A DNA stretch of 43,847 bases from Actinomycetota bacterium (GTDB taxonomy: Bacteria > Actinomycetota > Acidimicrobiia > Acidimicrobiales > Ilumatobacteraceae). The notes under the pieces are model-generated. The model saw only the letters and a program-made list of their open reading frames with translations. It was not told the origin of the DNA and did no database searches. The stretch spans positions 1-43,847 of the forward strand of contig SXPW01000140.1 of the NCBI GenBank assembly GCA_005793785.1, written 5' to 3'. Made by a program: the position numbers and the translations under genes. This document shows, one piece after another, positions 37,872 to 43,847 of the stretch; the first letter of the stretch is position 1; the number at the start of each line of letters is the position of its first letter.

Positions 37872-39011
37872 ATGAACGCAGCCGCCAGGCGCAAGGCAGC
37901 GCAAAAGAAACGAATCGCCCTGAAGAAAAAGGCCGCTGCCAAACGGCGGGCACTGGAAGACCTTCGTCGCCGCAAGGCCAAACGATTGGCCGAGGAGAAG
38001 CGCCGCAAGGCCAAGCGACTCCTCGAAGACAAGCGACGAAAGGCAAAGAAGTTGATGGAGGAACAGCGCCGCAAGGCCAAACGATTGGCCGAGGAGAAGC
38101 GCCGCAAGGCCAAGAAGGCCCTCGAGGAGAAGCGTCGCAAGGAGGTCCGTCGCAAGGCCGAGGCTGCACGACGTGCGTCCGCCGCGAAGAAGAAGGTCGA
38201 CGAGCGCAAGCGCAAGCAGGCGCGACTTCAACTCGAGCGGGAGCGCAAGCGCAAGCGAATCGAGATGGAACGCGAGCGCAAGCGGGTGGCGAGAGCCAAG
38301 CTGGTCGAGCGCAAGCGCATCGCCAAGGAGAAACTGGCGGAGAAGCGTCGCCGTGATCTCGAGCGTCAAGTCGCCATCGAGGAGCGAAAACGCGAACAGG
38401 CTCGCAAGCGTGCGATCATCGAAGAAGAGCGTCGTGAGAAACAACGCGAGCGCGACAAGATCACGAAGGCCCGCGATGCCGAACGCATGGCTCGTGAAGC
38501 CGAACGCGCCCGCATTCGAGCCCTTCGCGACGAAGAAGAGGCCCGAATCCGTGCCCAGCAGGAAAAGGCGATGGCCAAGCCGGTCAAGCCGCCGATCTTC
38601 AAGCTCGATTCGGTGGATGGCATCACCCCAACCAAGGAGTTCGACCTCGCCTTCCTCAAGTCCCAACGGGCATTGTTGCTCGAGAAGCGAATCGAACTGG
38701 TTGGCCAGGCCAAGCGCCTGTCCCAGGAGGCACAGGAGATCGTCGCAAACCAGGAGATGGGTGACGTCGACTTCGGTGAGGAAGGCGGCGAGGGCGACAC
38801 CATGGTGGTGGAGCGCGAACGGGATCTCATCCTCTCCGATCAGGCACTAGCCGAAGTCGAGGCCATCGATGCGGCGCTGAAGCGGATGGAGATCGGCGAG
38901 TACGGCTACTCGTCGTATTCCGGTCTCCCGATCCCACGCGAACGACTCGAGGTGCTGCCCTGGGCCACCGAGCTCGTCACCGAACGCGCCGGCGGTCTGG
39001 GAAGTAGATGA
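37872..39011 (+). CDS. cysteine-free TraR/DksA-like protein with a ~245-aa K/R/E-rich N-terminal extension
   Basis: ATG 37872 lies 7 nt after the ileS stop, and its stop overlaps the lspA start (ATGA). The C-terminus GEYGYSSYSGLPIPRERLEVLPWATELVTE fits the family pattern GxYGxCxxCGxxIPxxRLxxxP....CxxC, with the four Cys positions occupied by S, S, L and E. The N-terminus is a run of RRKAKRLAEEKRRKAK-type sequence. Confidence 0.7.
   Translation: MNAAARRKAAQKKRIALKKKAAAKRRALEDLRRRKAKRLAEEKRRKAKRLLEDKRRKAKKLMEEQRRKAKRLAEEKRRKAKKALEEKRRKEVRRKAEAARRASAAKKKVDERKRKQARLQLERERKRKRIEMERERKRVARAKLVERKRIAKEKLAEKRRRDLERQVAIEERKREQARKRAIIEEERREKQRERDKITKARDAERMAREAERARIRALRDEEEARIRAQQEKAMAKPVKPPIFKLDSVDGITPTKEFDLAFLKSQRALLLEKRIELVGQAKRLSQEAQEIVANQEMGDVDFGEEGGEGDTMVVERERDLILSDQALAEVEAIDAALKRMEIGEYGYSSYSGLPIPRERLEVLPWATELVTERAGGLGSR
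37968..38114 (+). repeat. exact 48-nt in-frame direct repeat within the K/R/E-rich coding region
   Basis: cgccgcaaggccaaacgattggccgaggagaagcgccgcaaggccaag occurs at 37968-38015 and again at 38067-38114. The 99-nt offset equals 33 codons. Confidence 0.9.
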
Positions 39012-39478
39012 GTCGCGCAGCGGCGCGACGTCTCCCGTACCTCGTCGTCGTCATCGTCGTTGTCGACCAACTCACCAAACATTGGGCGTTGGGACGTCTC
39101 TCGGGGAATCGCACGATCGACCTCGTCGGATCGCTGCGATTCAACCTGGCGTTCAACAAGGGAATGGCATTCTCCCAAGCAACGGGCGCGGGACCGGTGA
39201 TCGGCGGAATGGGCTTCGTCGTCGTGATCGTCCTGGTGTTGTGGTTGTGGCGCCGTGCCGAAGGAGTTGCGGCGTTCGCTGCTTCGCTCATCGTCGGTGG
39301 TGCCGTCGGGAATCTGATCGACCGACTCTTCCGCGGTGAAGCGTGGTTGCGTGGCGCGGTCGTCGATTTCATCGATTTGCAATGGTTCCCGGTGTTCAAC
39401 GTTGCGGACTCGGCCATCACCATCGGGGCGGTGCTGATGATCGTGGCGTCGTTGCGCAAGGACGCCGTCACCACATGA
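39008..39478 (+). CDS. lspA: lipoprotein signal peptidase (signal peptidase II)
   Basis: DQLTKHWA, FNKGMAFS and VVDFIDL...FPVFNVADSAITIG (catalytic Asp contexts). 156 aa. Confidence 0.9.
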   Translation: MSRAAARRLPYLVVVIVVVDQLTKHWALGRLSGNRTIDLVGSLRFNLAFNKGMAFSQATGAGPVIGGMGFVVVIVLVLWLWRRAEGVAAFAASLIVGGAVGNLIDRLFRGEAWLRGAVVDFIDLQWFPVFNVADSAITIGAVLMIVASLRKDAVTT

Positions 39479-40419
39479 CCGACGACACGGGTGGCCTCGC
39501 GCGACGAATCACCGAAACGATTCCGGCGTCGCTCGCCGGGGTGCGCATCGATCGCGTGGTGTCGCTCATCGCCGACATCAGTCGGAGTGCCGCATCGGCG
39601 CTCATCGAATCCGGTGGGGTGTCGGTGGATGGTGCCGTGGTAACGGCGGGCAAGGAGAAAATGACGGAGGGGCAACTCATCGTCGTCGACGTCACGCAAG
39701 CGAAGGGCCCCGCATTACCCGAGCCGGATTCCAGCGTGTCGCTCGACGTGGTGTACGCCGACGACGACGTGATCGTCGTGAACAAGGACGCGGGAGTGGT
39801 GGTCCATCCGGGAGCCGGGAATCAGTCGGGCACCCTGGTGAACTTCCTCCTTGCCGCCTACCCGGAGATTGCCGTCGTGGGTGATCCGATGCGACCCGGT
39901 CTCGTCCACCGCCTCGATGCCGGCACGACGGGGCTCCTCGTGGTGGCGCGCACGCCGGCGGCGTACGAATCGTTGGTGGGGCAATTGGCGTCGCGCAGCG
40001 TTACACGGGTGTATTCGGTACTCGTGTGGGGTGTTCCCGTGTCGATGAATGGGGTCATCGATGCTCCGATCGGACGGGATCAACGAGATCCCACTCGAAT
40101 GGCCGTCGTCGTCGATGGGCGGGCCTCACGAACCCACTATGCGGTGCAGCGCGCGTTCCATGAACCCAAGGACGCCGCGCTGGTCGAGTGTCGTCTCGAA
40201 ACGGGACGCACGCACCAGATTCGTGTGCACCTGGCGTCGATCGGTCATCCGGTCGTGGGGGACGCAACCTACGGCGGTGTTCGCGCGGGTCTCCGGGCGA
40301 AGCGACCGATGTTGCACGCGCAGGAACTCGCCTTCGATCATCCGGTCAGTGGCGAACGTCGGACGTTCACCGCTACCACGCCCGCCGACTTCGACGACAT
40401 GCTGGCCGCACTTGCTTGA
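39475..40419 (+). CDS. rluD: RluA/RluD-family 23S rRNA pseudouridine synthase with an S4 domain
   Basis: ATG 39475 overlaps the lspA stop (ATGA). S4-like N-terminus, the catalytic motif HRLDAGTTGLLVVA, and GRTHQIRVH. Confidence 0.9.
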   Translation: MTDDTGGLARRITETIPASLAGVRIDRVVSLIADISRSAASALIESGGVSVDGAVVTAGKEKMTEGQLIVVDVTQAKGPALPEPDSSVSLDVVYADDDVIVVNKDAGVVVHPGAGNQSGTLVNFLLAAYPEIAVVGDPMRPGLVHRLDAGTTGLLVVARTPAAYESLVGQLASRSVTRVYSVLVWGVPVSMNGVIDAPIGRDQRDPTRMAVVVDGRASRTHYAVQRAFHEPKDAALVECRLETGRTHQIRVHLASIGHPVVGDATYGGVRAGLRAKRPMLHAQELAFDHPVSGERRTFTATTPADFDDMLAALA

Positions 40420-40435
40420 GTGTGAAATCAACCGT

Positions 40436-40882
40436 TCAGGGAGATTCGTTCGGCCACGGTGACTCGCCGCGCGCAGCCGTGAGGACTCCACCCAGGGTGA
40501 ACTGAGTGAGGTGGTCGCGCATGTGTTCGCCGACCGAATGCCAGATCGCCAAGAGGACGCACTGACCCTCGTGGTCGCAAGCGCCGTCTCGATGCGGTTC
40601 ACCGAAATCGCCGAGGGATATCGGCCCGTCAACCGCCGACAGAATTTCCGAGAGCAGGATCTTGTCCGGGTGTCGGGCGAGGGTGTAGCCGCCGCCCACA
40701 CCGCGTTTCGAATGCACCAAGCCGGCACCCTTCAGCGCCAACAAGATCTGTTCGAGATACGGCTGGGGGAGGGCGGTTCGTGTGGCGATGTCGCGCACCG
40801 AGATTGGTCCGGGTTCATCGGAATGCAGCGCCAGCGACAACATCGCGCGACAGGCGTAGTCGCCCCGCGTCGATACTCGCAC
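40436..40882 (-). CDS. Rrf2-family transcriptional regulator
   Basis: GTG 40882. MRVSTRGDYACRAMLSLA, the wing GGGYTLAR, and Cys residues in ...DGACDHEGQC.... 148 aa. Confidence 0.88.
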   Translation of the reverse strand: MRVSTRGDYACRAMLSLALHSDEPGPISVRDIATRTALPQPYLEQILLALKGAGLVHSKRGVGGGYTLARHPDKILLSEILSAVDGPISLGDFGEPHRDGACDHEGQCVLLAIWHSVGEHMRDHLTQFTLGGVLTAARGESPWPNESP

Positions 40883-40932
40883 GCCCCCAATCTAAACGCT
40901 CGGCGCCCCGTCGCCGCTTGACTACAGGTGAC

Positions 40933-42108
40933 ATGTCTCGTGGTTCCTCCAACCCCTCGGGTCACGTTGCGCGAATTCCCCGAATCGCCGACGAACTGCC
41001 GCGGTGCCCCGATTACTCGGGTGCCTGCGTCACCAACGTCGTACCATCCCTCCTCGGACCAGGCGGAACCGACGACCTTCCGTCGTTCTTCCCCGACGTC
41101 GTTCGCGGAGCCCGTCAGGTCGTGCTCCTCGTCATCGACGGACTCGGCTGGCATCAATTGCGTGATCGCATCGACAATTCGCCCCGGGTGACCGCCACGT
41201 TGGCATCCATGAGTGGTTCGTCGATCACCACGATTGCACCGACCACGACCGTGACTGCGCTCACGTCCATCACGACTGGTGCGGCACCTGGTGAACACGG
41301 GCTCGTCGGCTACCGCATCGATTTTTCCGGTCGCGTCGTGCAGATGTTGCGCTGGGCGGACGAAGGTGGCGACGTTCGACGACGGCTCACGCCGCGGGAC
41401 GTGCAACCATGTCCTCCGTTCCTGGGCTCGCGCGTACCCGTTCTGTCCAAGGCGGAGTTCGACGGCACCGCGTTCACCGAGTCGCATCTGCGGGACCAGC
41501 GCATGTTCAGTTGGCGGGCGATGTCGAGCATGGTGGTGGACGTGCGGAGCCTTCTCGCACGCGGCGAACGATTCGTGTACTGCTATTACGACGGAATCGA
41601 CAAGATCGCCCACGAGCGCGGCTTCGGCGACCATTACGACGCCGAGTTGCTCACGGTGGACCGCCTCATCGCCGACATCGCGACGGTCCTGCCGCGCGAC
41701 GCCGTGCTACTCATCACGGCCGACCACGGTCAGGTGATGGTGGGAGAACATACGATGCCACTCGCGCCCGCGGTCACGCAATTGCTCACCCACCAATCAG
41801 GGGAAGGTCGGTTCCGCTGGTTGCACGTCGCCGGTGGACGAGTGGACGAGGTAGTGGCCGCAGCAAGGAGTCACCACGGCGACGTGGCCTGGGTGATGAC
41901 CCGCGACGAGATGATCGACCAGGGATACTTCGGACGACGCGTCAACGATGTGGTTCGCCGGCGGTTGGGCGACGTTGCAGTGATGGCCAAGCACGAGGTC
42001 AGTTTCGACGACCCGGCCGACAAGACGTACTTCTCCCTGCAATGTCGCCATGGCTCGCTGACGTCCGCGGAGGTCGACGTGCCGTTGTTGGCCGTCGGCG
42101 CACGCTGA
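40933..42108 (+). CDS. alkaline-phosphatase-superfamily protein (nucleotide pyrophosphatase/phosphodiesterase-like)
   Basis: From ATG 40933: VLLVIDGLGWHQL, TTVTALTSITTG (nucleophile-Thr context) and ITADHGQV. Confidence 0.78.
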   Translation: MSRGSSNPSGHVARIPRIADELPRCPDYSGACVTNVVPSLLGPGGTDDLPSFFPDVVRGARQVVLLVIDGLGWHQLRDRIDNSPRVTATLASMSGSSITTIAPTTTVTALTSITTGAAPGEHGLVGYRIDFSGRVVQMLRWADEGGDVRRRLTPRDVQPCPPFLGSRVPVLSKAEFDGTAFTESHLRDQRMFSWRAMSSMVVDVRSLLARGERFVYCYYDGIDKIAHERGFGDHYDAELLTVDRLIADIATVLPRDAVLLITADHGQVMVGEHTMPLAPAVTQLLTHQSGEGRFRWLHVAGGRVDEVVAAARSHHGDVAWVMTRDEMIDQGYFGRRVNDVVRRRLGDVAVMAKHEVSFDDPADKTYFSLQCRHGSLTSAEVDVPLLAVGAR

Positions 42109-42123
42109 TAGAACTAACCAACC

Positions 42124-42606
42124 ATGAGTGATACCACCCCCGAACGCGGCGAGTTGTTGGACGGGTTGAACGCCCTCGCAACCGGTGAAGGCGGGAAGGA
42201 CGGTGGAAACGAAACCGTGCAGGAACCTGCAAAGGTCATGCGCATCGGCTCGATGATCAAGGGATTGCTGGAGGAAGTTCGCCAGATGCAACTCGACCAG
42301 CCCAGTCGTGAACGGCTGGCCGAGATCTACGAGCGATCGGTCGTCGAACTCGCCGATGCTATTTCACCGGATTTGCGCGAGGAACTCCAGACGCTCGCCC
42401 TGCCGTTCAAGGACGGTGACGTTCCCAGCGATGCGGAATTGCGGGTTGCCAAGGCGCAGTTGGTCGGCTGGCTGGAGGGACTCTTCCACGGCATTCAAGC
42501 GACATTGTTCGCCCAACAATTGGCTGCCCGCCAACAACTCGAGCAGATGCGTCAGTTGCCGGCATCGGGTGCGACGCCACCCGAGCGTCCGGGCACGTAC
42601 ATTTAG
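42124..42606 (+). CDS. bpa: bacterial proteasome activator (Bpa/PafE-like, DUF2587-like)
   Basis: 160 aa with a helical core (KVMRIGSMIKGLLEEVR...LVGWLEGLFHGIQATLFAQQ) and a disordered tail ending in ...PGTYI. This resembles the hydrophobic-Tyr-X tail (GQYL) of mycobacterial Bpa. Confidence 0.75.
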   Translation: MSDTTPERGELLDGLNALATGEGGKDGGNETVQEPAKVMRIGSMIKGLLEEVRQMQLDQPSRERLAEIYERSVVELADAISPDLREELQTLALPFKDGDVPSDAELRVAKAQLVGWLEGLFHGIQATLFAQQLAARQQLEQMRQLPASGATPPERPGTYI

Positions 42607-42678
42607 CAACGCCGTTCGGCGCGAATCGCTCAATCGCTCGCCCCGCGAGAGCCCGCTGGTACTCTCGGCTTTCCTGCA

Positions 42679-43847
42679 ATGGCATCGTCGTTCACCCACC
42701 TTCACGTTCACACCGAATTCTCGATGCTCGACGGTGCAGCGCGAGTCGACGACCTCATCCAACGGGCGGTGGATGACGGCCAAACCGCCCTCGGCATCAC
42801 CGACCACGGCAACATGTACGGCGTACTCGAGTTCTACCAGTCGTGTCGCAAGGCCGGCATCACGCCGATCATCGGCACCGAGGCGTACATGGCATACGAG
42901 TCGCGATTCGAGCGACCCCAGCGGAGGGGTTCCGGCGACGACGACTCGGGTGGTGACACCGAGGCCGGTCGCAAGTTGTACTACCACCTCACACTGTTGT
43001 GCGAGAACAACGTCGGCTACCGAAATCTCATCAAACTGTCCAGTCAGGCGTTCCTCGAGGGCTACTACTACCAACCGCGAATGGATTGGGAACTCCTGGA
43101 GCGCCACCACGAGGGTCTCATCGCCACCACCGGCTGTCTCGGTGGACACGTGCTCCAAGCGCTCATGCGCAATGATTACGACGAAGCCAAACGCACCGCG
43201 GCCCGTTTGCAGGAGATTTTCGGTCGCGACAACCTCTTCGTAGAACTCCAGGACCACGGCATCGCCGACCAGCGGCGAACGATGAGCGATCTCATCCGAA
43301 TCGCCCGCGAGATCGATGCCCCGCTACTCGGTACGAACGACTCGCATTACGTGCATCGACACGACGCACAGGCGCACGACGCGTTGTTGTGCGTCCAGAC
43401 CGGCTGCACCATCAATCAGAAGGGCCGATTCAAGTTCGAGGGGGAGGAGCATTACCTCAAGTCGGCATCCGAGATGCGACAGTTGTTCCGCGAAACCCCC
43501 GACGCGTGCGACAACACCTTGTGGATCGCCGAGCGCGCCAATACCACGATCGAGTTCGGTAAATACGTGTTGCCGGACTTTCCGATTCCCTCGGGATTCG
43601 CCGATGATCGCGCATACCTGGAGCACCTCACGCGTGAAGGTGCCGCACAACGTTGGGGTGCGGAGATCCCCAAGGCCGTCGTCGAGCGCATCGCCTACGA
43701 ACTCAAGGTCATCTGCGACATGGGATTTGCCTCCTACTTCCTCATCGTGTGGGACCTCATTCGTCATGCCCGCGAACGGGGGATTCGAGTCGGTCCTGGT
43801 CGTGGCTCCGCGGCAGGCTGCGCCGTTGCCTACGCGTTGCGCATCAC
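42679..43847 (+). CDS. dnaE: DNA polymerase III alpha subunit, N-terminal part (runs off the window end)
   Basis: From ATG 42679: [20 protein letters not shown] (PHP domain), [21 protein letters not shown] and GPGRGSAAG. It is absent from the ORF track because there is no stop codon inside the window. Confidence 0.95.
   Translation, partial: MASSFTHLHVHTEFSMLDGAARVDDLIQRAVDDGQTALGITDHGNMYGVLEFYQSCRKAGITPIIGTEAYMAYESRFERPQRRGSGDDDSGGDTEAGRKLYYHLTLLCENNVGYRNLIKLSSQAFLEGYYYQPRMDWELLERHHEGLIATTGCLGGHVLQALMRNDYDEAKRTAARLQEIFGRDNLFVELQDHGIADQRRTMSDLIRIAREIDAPLLGTNDSHYVHRHDAQAHDALLCVQTGCTINQKGRFKFEGEEHYLKSASEMRQLFRETPDACDNTLWIAERANTTIEFGKYVLPDFPIPSGFADDRAYLEHLTREGAAQRWGAEIPKAVVERIAYELKVICDMGFASYFLIVWDLIRHARERGIRVGPGRGSAAGCAVAYALRI

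Noticed and set aside
37968-38114. The 48-nt exact direct repeat as a CRISPR-like or intergenic tandem-repeat element
   Set aside because: There are only two copies, they are in frame inside a coding region, they are spaced by a whole number of codons, and no cas genes or leader are present. It is an intragenic duplication.
37590-38850. Long ORFs on both strands over the K/R/E-rich gene (37590..38666 -, 37856..38215 -, 38173..38850 +)
   Set aside because: They are by-products of the repetitive AAG/CGC/GAG codon composition. Their products are L/A/R or S/R/P low-complexity, have no start context, and overlap the frame that continues into the DksA-like domain and couples to lspA.
42624-42639. 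Tandem 8-mer aatcgctc-aatcgctc and a nearby 6-bp hairpin in the bpa-dnaE spacer
   Set aside because: The elements are very short, easily arise by chance, and I can attach no known motif to them.

Overview
High-GC chromosomal segment, Actinomycetota-like (SepF but no FtsA, DUF3040, a Bpa proteasome activator, and many 4-nt start/stop overlaps). Gene order suggests a deep-branching lineage such as Acidimicrobiia, but that is inference only. The core (18.3-40.4 kb, all on the + strand) is a division/cell-wall (dcw) cluster: mraZ-rsmH-ftsL-ftsI-murE-mraY-murD-ftsW-murG-murC-murB::ftsQ-ftsZ-yggS-sepF-yggT-ileS-(DksA-like)-lspA-rluD. The left 18 kb holds housekeeping and metabolic genes: thrB 3' end, a Cys-X5-Arg phosphatase, queG, a GT4 glycosyltransferase, an SRPBCC protein, two ROK kinases, an aminotransferase, glpK, an OmpR/HK pair, an IMPase, dinB, an acyl-CoA dehydrogenase, an HNH endonuclease, a lipoate-ligase-like protein and an ABC exporter. 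The right end holds an Rrf2 regulator, an alkaline-phosphatase-family protein, bpa and the dnaE 5' part. I found no rRNA, tRNA, CRISPR array, transposase, integrase or recognisable defence island, and no convincing new multi-gene system. The unusual items are architectural or regulatory: (1) MurB and FtsQ are encoded as one 727-codon ORF. (2) A cysteine-free DksA/TraR-like protein carries a ~245-aa K/R/E-rich N-terminal extension and an exact 48-nt internal repeat. (3) A 32-bp helix that forms only in the sense RNA buries the rsmH start region. (4) GTGGGG boxes with ~10-bp phasing overlap a putative mraZ promoter. (5) The cluster lacks murF, pgeF and divIVA. (6) A 26-nt tandem duplication of a gene junction creates a 9-codon relay mini-ORF. 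All functional calls rest on motif recognition by eye and need database confirmation.
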